A DNA stretch of 64,000 bases. Origin: Amphiscolops sp. MND2022 (taxonomy: Eukaryota). Shown piece by piece: positions 49,201 through 61,200 of this stretch (positions are counted from its first letter, which is position 1; the number at the start of each line of letters is the position of its first letter). The stretch is taken from the NCBI GenBank assembly GCA_964187785.1, contig OZ076411.1:24118001-24182000 (forward strand). Reading direction: 5' to 3'. The notes below the pieces were generated by a model, which was not told the DNA's origin, did not search any database, and worked only from the letters and a program-made list of their open reading frames with translations. Made by a program: the position numbers and the translations under genes.

Positions 49201-52200
49201 AGTTCTATGCTTTTTAACCTTCGTGCTTTTCCTCAGAATTTGCCATTTTATTTGATACCGAAATTTCCACTTATTTTTTATTGAAACACGTTTTCTCAAA
49301 ATTCACTGGTTTCGATGTAGATTAAAGTGCAGTCGGCTGGTTTGAGTTTTAGGATTGTTGAATACCATGATTGGTGGCAAAATTACCAAAGACAGCCTAA
49401 TCTATGTAGCAAACTAGCCAGTACTTTACACTGAGTTACGTAGTCACCCATGTTCCGTAACTATAATGCCCAAAATCAAGAATGAAGCGGAACATGTCAA
49501 CTTTAGTGCAGCAGTGGGTTTTGACGTGATCAAACATGTAGGGCTGCGAAGCGCTGCCAAAATGCGAGGAGTTGTCATTCTAGCATTTTGTAATTTTTGT
49601 CGATTTTGAAGTTTGAGCTCTTTTTGGGATATGAATAATATGGCATTTGCTAATTAGACTGGTTGTCAATGCCACTGTGAAACATGAAACCTGAAAAATG
49701 CATATTTTAATTGTTGCAGTATTGCGACGGTGCCTAGGAGGGCATGCGCTATCTTGAAAACAAATCCATTTGGATGGCATTTAAACCTTCAAACTTAGTC
49801 TTAGCGATTAGTCGTATTACTAAAGATCTTTCCCCGCTTCAAAATTGATGAATGCAAGGATGCACCTCAAAACCCTTCTTTTTGTCTGTTAAAAGTTTTT
49901 TTTTGATCTGATTGACTTTTATGCTAATGAAAATAGGGATAAATTCCAATGCTCAATTTGTCTGTTCTTGTCTTACTGAGCTTATGTTTCCGAATAGGTC
50001 AATGGTGAATTGAAGCAGAAAATTTTAATCAAGTTGGTTTGATTGCACCCATCGAAAAAAAATTGAATAATGGTAACCTAAGGGATAGGTATAACTTCTT
50101 CATATTGTCCTTTATTTTGAATTTGGTGCTACTATATTCGCCTGATCATTTTGAGATATTATCGTTTTCAGGATTTGAAAAACCAGCGTCTAGTAGTTAG
50201 TTGCTGGCCAACGCAAGAATGGCACGACCACTATGTGGCATGGAACGATACGGAGTTCCAGGAGATCCCCGTCATGCGACTACCCCCGACCCTCGTGTGG
50301 CGACCAGATATCATGGTGATTAATACGTGAGTTGTTTTCACTCCTGTCTTCTCGGGTTTATGGCCCTTACTTTCCAAAATTGCAATAGTTCCACTTCCAT
50401 GACCTGCTAATTTTGTCAACTTTATTGCTCGATTTCTTCCAACCGCACCGACGTAACTCTTTCAATGTATTTCAATTTGTTTTGTTTGCGAGTTTTGTTT
50501 GCAATTATTGTTTCAATTTATTGTTTTTATGACCTAAAATGTGCTACAAACGCTTGTGACATGTTGTATGTTGTATATGCCTCAGGGGGTGTCAAGAATT
50601 ATTGTACCAACATTTTCAGTTCCATTTTGGATATTTGTCAGTCAAAATATATTTGAAAAGAAATATTCGTCAAAAATAATCGATGTATTGGTTTTGATGT
50701 AGGAGTACTTATCTGAACAAAAATTGCATGCGATAGGGAGTTGATTTCATACAATCAATTGGTTTGAAAGTTTTTAAAACGCACTTTTTGTGCACATTGT
50801 GCATTTTTGTGTTTTTACCATAAGTACTTAGTTCTTCATTTTCAACGCATCCAAAGCCTCTAACATGAGATAAAAACCATTCCAATGCAGAAGAGTCCCC
50901 CCTTATAATTTTTCGGCACTATGAGACTGTTCAAATTTCTCAAATTTTTTTTCCGAACTTTTTTTTATTGCTCCAAAGGATCCCACCCATCATTTTTTGC
51001 AACAGAATGGATCCCCCTTTCATTTTTTTTACTTTTTAAACGTATCATGCAAAACCGGACGAGACTGAAGGGTCCCCTTCCAATTTTTTCGGCACTGTGC
51101 GACTTCCTTTTGAAATTTTTTTTGTCTCCAAAGGATCCCCCTTTGGTTTTTTACTTTTTTAACGTAGCCTACAGAACCGTATGACAGTGAAGGGTCCCCT
51201 TTCGAGTTTTTTTGGCACTGTGCGACTTTTTAGCTAATTTTTTTGTCTCCAAAAGGCTCCCCCTTCGATTTTTGAGCCTTAGACATAGCGCCGACTTGGG
51301 CCGTTCCCGGCTTGTTCTATCTGTTAACGTCTTCAAATTTTTCAACTGGAGCAGGACAAAACAGCCGATTTTAAACGGGACAAAACAGCAAATTTTCAAA
51401 ATAGGACAAAACAGCCGATTTTGAAACGTTACAAAATCGGCGATTATCAAAATAAAAATCGCCGATTTTGTCAATGCGTAAGATTAGCAGTCAATAAAAT
51501 TGTTATTTCAACGTAGTCAGCTATGTTCACATACACCTAGTACCCTAAATGCAGGAGTGAAGCGGGGCGGAGCGACGTGCCATGTGGCCATGCCTCAATG
51601 TTGCTACTTGGCGAAGGGAGAGAAGCGACCGAGCCATACAACAAATATGAACCTCTTCAAATAAATCAAGTTCCATGCATATTGGCTGTAACAGCACTCA
51701 TCTTGTTCCGTTTTGAAAATCGGCTGTTTTGTCCCGTTTTGAAAATTGGCTGTTTTGTCTCGTTTTGAAAATCGGCTGTTTTGTCTCGTTTTAAAATCGG
51801 CTGTTTTGTCCCGCATCCCTTAAACTTGAACCGCCACACTGGCTCTGGACTTTGCGTCAAAACCTTGCACGCCTTGTGTCTTGATTGCAATTCAGCATGT
51901 TTTAAAACATGCTAAGGCCGTTGCGACCCAACCTTGATACCAGTGGCATAAAGCGGACAAATGGTAACTGGAAAAACCGAAAATCTGTACTAGACTTTTT
52001 GGTCCCGGTTTCTTGATTTCGGAGACATCAAGTCAATAATTCGTGGAAATGCGTGCAATGCTATGTAATATTGTCTAAAAATCTTATTCAAGAGTTTTCT
52101 TTTCCATACGTTCAGCTAGTGCCTTCAGGAGCTTGCAGAATTCGTCCCAATCGTCCATTTAGGGTCAACATTGAGTTGAAACTTTAGCGGTTGCTACCTC

Positions 52201-55200
52201 CTGCTTAAGCAGATTTTGCCTGAGCTTAGCACAAACTTTTGACAGCTTTTCAAAGAACAATCAAGTCACAGAATTTGAGGAAGCTATTCAATACACTTCC
52301 ATTCCCTTTTCAATTATAGCTGCCAACAATTTCCCAAGGGCACACACGTACAAGAAATTCCGGCTTAAATTTCATCCATCAAAATCAAAATTTACAGTCA
52401 CTAACTGATTTCCAAGCCAAACTCTTGAACTCTATACAGTCTTCATTATGAAATGTAATGAAAATAACACATTTGAGCCAGCAGTATCTAGTGTGAAAAC
52501 CGCGCGTTTCTCTTTTCCAATTTTTGTATGAAACAAAACTTGCAGGCAATTCGAATGTCAGGAAAGCATCAAAGGCAGTTTGATAAACAAAGCCACATCC
52601 TTAAAAGAAATCAAGCAGAACGTATTTAAAAAACAGCCCTTTCAAGTCCTAACTTGAGCGAACAGATATTTGCCGAAGGAAGGCACTGAGAAGAGGATAA
52701 ATGTTTAATACACGCCTGAAAAGTATGGTATAGAAAAAATGGTTTTGGTTGGTTCTCATTTTGGACTCAGTTGCTTTTCATCAAATATTGAAGCCGTCCC
52801 TTGGCAGACAATTTGGGAAGAACAAAGACGCAAATTAAGAGCTCGCCGAAATGAACTACATCAAAGGGTCGTAAACAAATAAATGTTTGTTGGTTTTCAC
52901 TCCCTTCCAATATATTTACGTCAAATTTTTCCTTTTATGAGAAGCGACATGAAACTCAGAAATCCAATCAAACCAGATTGAACTTAATACTTCTCTGAAC
53001 AGGAGCATTAAGAGCGATAGTGTCAACCAGGGTGGCCACTTTGCCCCCAAATTTGGGGGCACCCCCAAATGCCCCCAAATTGCCCCCAGCATAATTTTAA
53101 CCCCCAAATAAATGTATCGCTTAATTTTTTAATGTTTTCAGGTAGTGATGGGTGGAGATTGCAAGTTTACGAACAACTTAAGCGAGAAGTTTGCTTGGGG
53201 ACTGCGCATTCCGGGTTTTGACCATTCAGTGCGCTGCAAATATTGCAATACAGTGGTCAAAATTGCACGAGGATTATTTGCATTGAAACAACATGAACAA
53301 TCGGCGATGCACAAGAAGAACATGCCATCAACCTCGAGCCGTACTCCAAACATTGCCGCGGCGCTTTATACGAGTTGCAGTAAGGAGACCGGCGTGCTGC
53401 GTGCAACTTCCTGTGACCGTGTGGGTATTCATATGGATGAATCGAGCTACCATAAGAAATGCCGCCTCGAATTCTGGATCGTTCACTTTGATGGGGAATT
53501 GAGAAAGTAGTAAAGAAGCTATCAGATGTCGAATTTGTCGGTTCCAGTGCTGTTTTTGATGCCTTCTGTACCGTACTTGCTGAGTTTAAGCTTTACTACG
53601 AGCAGATTGCTTACGTTATGACTGATAATTGCAATACTATGCGCGGTGAGCGATCAGGTGCTGTCAAAAAGATTGGAGATGTTTGTTTGAATTTAGTTTC
53701 AGTTCCGGGTTGCAGCGTTCACTTGGCTAATCTGATTGCTAAAGATGTGTGTACTGCTAATCCCTGCTTATCTGAAGTTATTGAGTTTATTTCTTCGCTC
53801 TCGTCGTTGCTTCAGACAACACCAAAAGCTCAATCGATGCTGTCTCAAGTTGAAGAGTATCTCAAATTACCTGGATTGCCTTCTTTCAGCTCAACCCGCT
53901 TCCTCTGTTTGTTTACGCTTGTCAGTGGCATTCTATTGAGCTTTCCGAAAGGGGTTACTATCCGAAGCTTTTCGATGAGGACGGGCAAATTAAGGTCTTC
54001 GAAATCCAGAAGTCAGAGTTGTTATACTCCAGTTCAAATCCTGCCGTGCTCAAAGCGCTGAATGAAGCTAATCAATCTGAGCTGGACAAAATAAAACAGG
54101 ACTGGGATCGTGCAAATGAAGGTGTTCTCAATGCAGCACTTAGACGTTTCTCCTCTTACCTGTCCAACGATATCGTGCGATTGTTTTATATATTCCACAT
54201 TCCATTAGAGCAGTTTACGGCCAAGACTATCCGAAACCTTGTACGCATGGCGGGTCTGCTTAAAGTTGACACTGGAACCGTGCACGACGATTTTGCAGCG
54301 TTGCGAGTTGTTTCTGATGCGAAAGCGTCCCTGCAAGTCTTGCATGGTAAAGGAGCGTTGAGTGATTATCCTCATATCAAAGTACTATTCGAGACAGCGC
54401 ATTTGATTTCCCCGCACAATATGAATGTGGAGTCTGGTTTCTCAACAATGAAATTCGCTGAGTCATCTTACAGGACAAATTTGGGATGTGAAACATACGA
54501 CGCACTGAGGCTATGCAAATCCTTTTTCAGAAGAGAAGATTTCGAGAACTTCAATATCCCCTCAGAATTGCTGCAACTTGTTAAGAACGCATCGTCTAAG
54601 TACAAAGAAGAATGCGAAGTTCTGAAAGCAAGAAATCAACGTGTGGAGTCTCAAGCTACAGTTTTTCGTGACGAATTCGATATATACAAACGGCGCACAC
54701 CATGTGAACTAAAAAGAGAATTAAAATCTGTCGATTCTGAAATTGAAAGAACACAAGCTTTGTTAGAGGAGCTGCATTCGAAGAAGAGCCGATTATCCTC
54801 GGAGACAGCATCTGCCAACTTTCTTGCGGATTCACAGTCGAGTGACGTGATCGCTAAAATGTTCAAAAACTGAAAAAAGGGATGAATTTTATATGCTTCA
54901 TAAGTTATTTGAATAACTTAATGTTATTCTTTTATAAGATATCATTCCTCTAACCTGTTGTTTTCAAGTACTTTCAACATGCCACGGCATAATGATATTT
55001 ATTAACCATGATTTCCGTTAATTTTGTAACATTTCAGATAGATTTGCATCTGCCCCCAAATTTGAAATTTTGAAGTGGCCACCCTGGTGTCAACAATTAC
55101 GGAAAATAGGTTACCAAGCGCAAAGAATTGGTTCCATTTTCTTTCATCGTTACAGATTTTGCATAACATGGGAACATTCATCCTCAGATGACGCCTTATT

Positions 55201-58200
55201 TGGTATACCGAAAGACCTGATTTTCATAATTTTCCACAAAGTCCTATTCAAACGTACATACTAAACAAAACTGCCCGGTGTGAACTCTTCCCGGTTGCAG
55301 TAGGTACCCAAAAACTCAATTTGTACTTAAACCACCATGGTACAACAGTTGAAAAGGATGCGGGACAAAACAGCCGATTTAAAACGAAACAAAACAGTCG
55401 ATTTTCAAAACGAGACAAAACAGTGGATTTTCAAAAACGAGAACAAAGCACCAGATTTTTGGATGGTTTCGGTCCATTTAGAGTTGATCTCTACATGCTT
55501 TCCGCTGTAGCATTTTGGCAAGTTGTTTTCGAGGAGTTTTCTGAGATTCCATTTGAATAAGACCTTTGCTGGTGGCACCGAAATTTCCGAAAAATATTAT
55601 TCCTTATGAGAAAACTCGATACGGCGGGTTACGACACCTTGCAAGATTTTTTCCGAATGTTTATTTGGCAAGCATTCTCGATAAATACTGCGAAGTATTT
55701 CGTGACGAGTGTCAATTTTGATCACAGAAATTTGAACTTTGTTTTTTCAATTTCGAATTTTTCAGTGCTGTTTACACTTGCGATAAGCAAGTGTTATGGG
55801 AACGTGCGAATTTTTTTTTTCCGGGTGACAACTCTCTCATTTCAGACCGCAAGTCGCATAATTCAGACTTTTTTGGTCTAGTGGTAAGATGCCTGCTTTT
55901 CAACCCAGAGGCTCCGGGTTCGAACCCCTGCGTATGCGCTAATTTTTTTCAACCCAGAGGGTCCGTGTTCGAACCCCTGCGTATGCGCTATTTTTTTTAA
56001 AAGTAATCCGAAGCAAAAGCTCACTTTTCCGGCACTGAGACCTGCCTACCCTTTTCGGCTTTGTGAGACTTTTCTCGAAATCTTTTAATGTCCTCAAAGT
56101 GTCCTCCTTTCAATTTTTTTGATATTTTGCAACAGAACGAAGGTTAAAAAATCCCAAAGGGTCTCTTTCAGATTTTTCGACACTATGAGACTGTTAAAAA
56201 TTCGCCTTTTTTCGAAAATTTTTCAAAGTCTCCAAAGGGTCCCTTCAGTTTTTGATATTTTCAAAAACAGAATGGCTGTTAACAAATCTCGAAGAGCCCC
56301 CTTTCACAGTTTTCGGCATTGCGAGATTTTTCAAAATTAGTCGTTTTTGTCTTAAAATTAGGTTTTCTCAGGCCCAGCACTCTATATCCGATCTTTTTTC
56401 AAAGACAGGTGTTTTTTCTATGCGATTTTTTAAAATTGGTTTTCATCGAAGCCCCCCTCAATTTTTACTAGAAACGAAACGTTTTGCGAGCATAAAGGTC
56501 TACTCAAGGTTTTCGGCGACTTACCGGAGACCTTCATCAAAAAATTTTTTTTCGAAAAAATTCCTCAATTTTCTGTTTTTTGAAAAGTTTTCGCAAGTGT
56601 TTGCGAAGCACGGCTTCGCCTCTGTGTTGAAAAAGTGCATTCAAAATATCAATAAAATTTTTCTCAACGAAGAAATTCAATAACTGTCAGCTCTGGTGGC
56701 AGCACCTCACAGAGAACAGCATTGTTCTGAATTTTTGAATAATGTCATGAATTGTCGCTTGTTTCTAATCTCCGAATTTTCCATTCGATCTATTGCCAGG
56801 GTACTTTATTGAATGAAAGCGCTACTTTCATCCGAGAAGAGATTAACAATGTAGTCAAAATTAGTAGGTGTTGTTCTGGAATGCACTCACGTCTAATGCA
56901 TTTTGAAGTATGAGGTAACCGTTAGTTGGATAAGGACAAAAATAGGTGCACTGCTTCATTATCTTAATTGCCTGCGTAGTATTGCAGTCATCTGAGTGCA
57001 ATCCCAGAATTCAGCAGATAATTTGAACGGCACATTTCCATTTCTAATTTACTATCTATTGTTTTCAAACCTCCGGGGTTTTTCTTTCGACCTACAGAAG
57101 CAGCTCTAGTCAGGAAAAGTTCCCAGTAATGATTGTAATGCCTGGTACTTGAAGATTTCTTCCTGTGTGCTCTCAAAACGTTTTCACCACCAAGTGCCGG
57201 AAATGATTTGTTTAGTGTGTTCAATTTTTTTGTGTCACGTGTTTAATGTATAAATTTACTCTGCCAGCTACGGGCGGAAGTTGGATTGTTAAGTATGTGT
57301 TGGTTCCCGAATGAAGCCGAAATTGGCGGAAGTTTCCGATTTCAGTTTCCTTTTTGCCTGCTCTTATCTAGTGTAATAACTAAGCTAATAAATAGTTATC
57401 CTCTTTTTTGTAAATTCAAGTCATCTCTTCCCCATTGGGTGCAACGTAGGTTGAAAGATTAATTGTGAAATGATGTATCTAGTGTATTCGTCTTGAAACA
57501 ATCCCATTATCCAATGGTGTAACGGAAGCCACCCGCATACTTCAATTGTCCCTGAGAACAAAAGACTGTTCCAGCTCTGATGGCAATGCCATAGTCTGTC
57601 GGAAACTCCACTAAGAAATTTGAAACCAATTTATGCCTAATGAAATCGATTTTTTTCTTCGCTATCATCTAGATAAAGCTGATATGGTGAAAGACTATGA
57701 CATTTATTGCCGTGAACAAAGGAAAGTTCGGTCTTTATCTTTCATCAAAAATAAAAGCCGTAAAAGTTATTATCTATTTTTTTGCTGGAAAACTTTCTGG
57801 CAATGTAATTTTGTCTCTAATTTTTAAGCAAAGCAAATTCGCAAACCTTAAAATTTCCCTACTGTCGCGCATTGAACTTTTCTTAATCTATCATGCATAA
57901 CTTTTCAATTTTTGGCGTTTGGTAATTTGCATTTTTTTCAATACACCAGAAGAGTTCCTCCATTGGGCAAAAGGTCCTAGTTGTGCTTAACCTTTTATTA
58001 GTCTTTGGCATAGCGTTGTTTTGAGCCCTTCCTAGTTTTTTCAATTTGTTTTCGGGTCAGCTATGTTGAGAAGATATTATTATTTTGAAGCATAACATTT
58101 GTGGGAAATTTTTCCAATTTTACAGTAGTAATCAATGTTTATTTTTCAGCATCGACGGAAAGTTTGAAGTGGGATACTATGCAAATGTCATTACGGCATC

Positions 58201-61200
58201 TAACGGACAAATGCTTTGGGTGCCTCCAGCTTTCTACAGTGTCTTCTGCTCTATGGGTAAGTTGTTTAAGTACTGTGAATAGTCTTGTGTTTTGAAGGCC
58301 AGCGTGTCGACTTCCAGTATTTCACCAGATCGATGAACTGGACATTATTTTCCAAATCTTCTTGTTATCCCCTCGCTTCCCCTCCCCTTTGTGAAATTAG
58401 ACCTCACGCCCTCAGTTTGCGATAAATATCTTCGTCTGTGAATACTAAGAGGTAAAATTTGTTTTACCAGTTGGTTTCTACGTATGCAAGCTATGGCTGC
58501 ATCAGTTTTGTCGCTAACTGGGGTCTCATTTTGCTTGATGACAGGAAAAACGCTATTTTTTTTTATAATTTTGTCTAAATACCGAGTTATTGAGCAGTTG
58601 ATGCATGTTCAGAAGTTTTATATAATATTTGTATAACACGCAGTTTTTGTTCAGAGCTTGAATTATCGCTTTTACGACCCAGTTTCTAAGAAGCAGGATT
58701 CTTTACATATCGTTAGCTGGAATGTGTCAAAGTTGTCTTTGATTCAACAACTTTCCATGTAATTTTAGCAGATAACTCTCAGTGCCATGCTGTTTGAATG
58801 AAGTGGCTGGGACAGAAATCCTGGTTGCATATGAACTATATCTTGTTCCGTTCATTAAATTATAACTAGTTTCCTTCCTCCAAACTTTTCAAAGCTGTCA
58901 AACTTTGATTGAGCGATATTCAGACGGTAACTACTTGACTGGTGAAAGTTTCTTATAAGGTTTGTCTTCAGCGACCGCATTTGCTAAGGTGTATACAATG
59001 GGGAGTTTTGACATTTGATCGCATTTATTATTCTTTTCACGACCTACCACCCCGTCGCCTGAAGTCTTGATTCAATTTGGAAGTTGGGTTGGCTTTCAAC
59101 TCTTTTAGTAACTGCATACTCCAGAGGCACATCTGTTGGGAAAAGAAGTGTAAATAGCCACTAATATTTTCAGCACTAATTGAAATACCTATATAAAGGC
59201 GGTAATTGAATTTGAAAGCCTGTTTCAATGGTTTTAATAATATCCAGCTTTTCATTTGTGGATATAGTTGAAGCCATAGTCTTTATTTGGTAAACTGAAC
59301 TGCTGTGAAGTGAAATTTCAATGGAAGACTTGAAAATTTGAGCCATCTGGTCTAAGTTTGCCGCTTTGCAAGGCAACATTCTCCTTTTACGACTATGTTT
59401 AGTTTGTGTTTCACACTCATCTTAAATAAAGTGTCTGTTATGTACTTGTAGCAGGTGATTAGCCAATTAAAATGTAAATTATGTGTTGAACACTTTTTAA
59501 CTTCGTTTTTTTTTGTTTCAGATGCCACGTTTTTTCCATATGACCAGCAGAGCTGTGAAATAAAGTTTGCTTCCCTCACTTACAGCAGCGACAGGAAGGG
59601 TTTTCTAATTAAAACTTGTTTTATGATGAAGCGAGAAGCGTTGTCGCACTGAGATATTTCTATAACTTCAAATACATAGGGGGGTGAGTGCATGACCTGG
59701 CATAAGGTGTACTTGGCTTCGAATCCTGCGTTGAGCAAAAAGTTTTCATGCTTGCAAAAGTAGAGGGGAGACCGAAGTATCCTCGATTTGAGTTTTTTCG
59801 ACACTGGTTATCCCTAAGGACAGTTTAGGTACTCTAACTTTGATAGAAAACTTCACAATAGTGTTTCTTGCAAAATAACACTTTGCTCTTTTTGAGCCTA
59901 GGCGCCGACTTGGGCCTCTCCCGGTTTGTTGAGAAAAGAAAAACTACTAACCCTATTAGGAAATTCATCTCGATTTGCTTTATTTTCAACCTGGGTTGTT
60001 ACGACGTTGTATTAAACTGGAAATATTTAAGCAGCTTGATTTGAATTAAACACTGGTTTTAAAACTCATAATTTTCGAAGCTAGCTTAGGGTATCTAAAT
60101 TTCAAGTTCCCATATGTTTACAAAGATCTTCAGTTTGAAAAAATTTTGAATCCTATTTTTGACCCTTATAAAATCTAAATTCTATATTCCACAGTACCGA
60201 AAGGAACCAATTGAGACCCCTTTTAGTTTGCAAAACGCTTTTCCCAAACTGAAACCTTCTGAGAAACATTTGACCAAATCTGCCGAAAAAGTTGCAGTGC
60301 CGCAATTGTTTTGAGAAAACTCTTATCAGTCCCACATGCCCAAAAACTAACCAAAAAGGTCACCCTTATGACTCGGAAAACTGTTTTTCTTAACAGAGAC
60401 TTACAAAAATTGTTTTAAAAATTGCAAAAATTTTTTCCAAAAGTTATATCGTTTTTAAAATCTTTGATAACTCGCATAGTGTCGAAAAACTCTAAGGGAG
60501 CCCTCTATGCTCGCAAAACGCTTTGTTTCTGCTAGAAATTAAGAAGGGATGAACCGGTTTTAAAAAAAATCGGAAAAAAAACGTAGCGGGAGCCAGCTAG
60601 GAGTTACTAAGTTACAACTTATAAATATATATACACAAATATATACAAATAAAGCGAAAAGCACTGACTGAAAACCGAAAGCAAAACCCTTTGGGCTCAA
60701 AAACATTTTTCCTGTTCAGTTCCGCAAATAACCTATAAAGTTTCGAAAAGGGTCACTATGACCGAATCCAAAAAAAATCGACGCAATGCCACCATAATAG
60801 TCGAAATTTATTTCATGAAGCGCCGACTAAAAATTGATGGAATTACTTTTTTACTTTCGTCTAGAATGTACTGGTTTCTCGAAATTTTGATACGTGGATA
60901 TCTACTACCACTTGACTTCAGATGCGATAACGGCAATTGGACTTGGCATGCAAAATATTGAGTAAAACAGGTGTTTCAAAACTCTTGGGTTCAAATAGTT
61001 GCAGTTTTTGGTTTCTTAGGTGAGACAGGTATTTTTAATTAACTGCAACTTTCGAAAATGTATTAGAAAACCTTGGTCATAGGCTGAAGTTGTTGCCGAA
61101 AAGTCCTCATGCCGATTTCTCGGACGACTATTCACGGAGCTCCGAGTGGGATGTCATCTCTTCGTCGCAGAAAACAATCTCTGAATTTGGCGAATTTGAC

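Noticed and set aside
51577-51890. Short ORFs across the GACAAAACAGCCG element
   Set aside because: They are repetitive peptides produced by the tandem TIR arms.
60918-60961. CDNGNWTW as the channel's xxGEW exon
   Set aside because: There is an in-frame stop right after it, and 61083-61202 supplies a better SSEW exon with a fitting phase.
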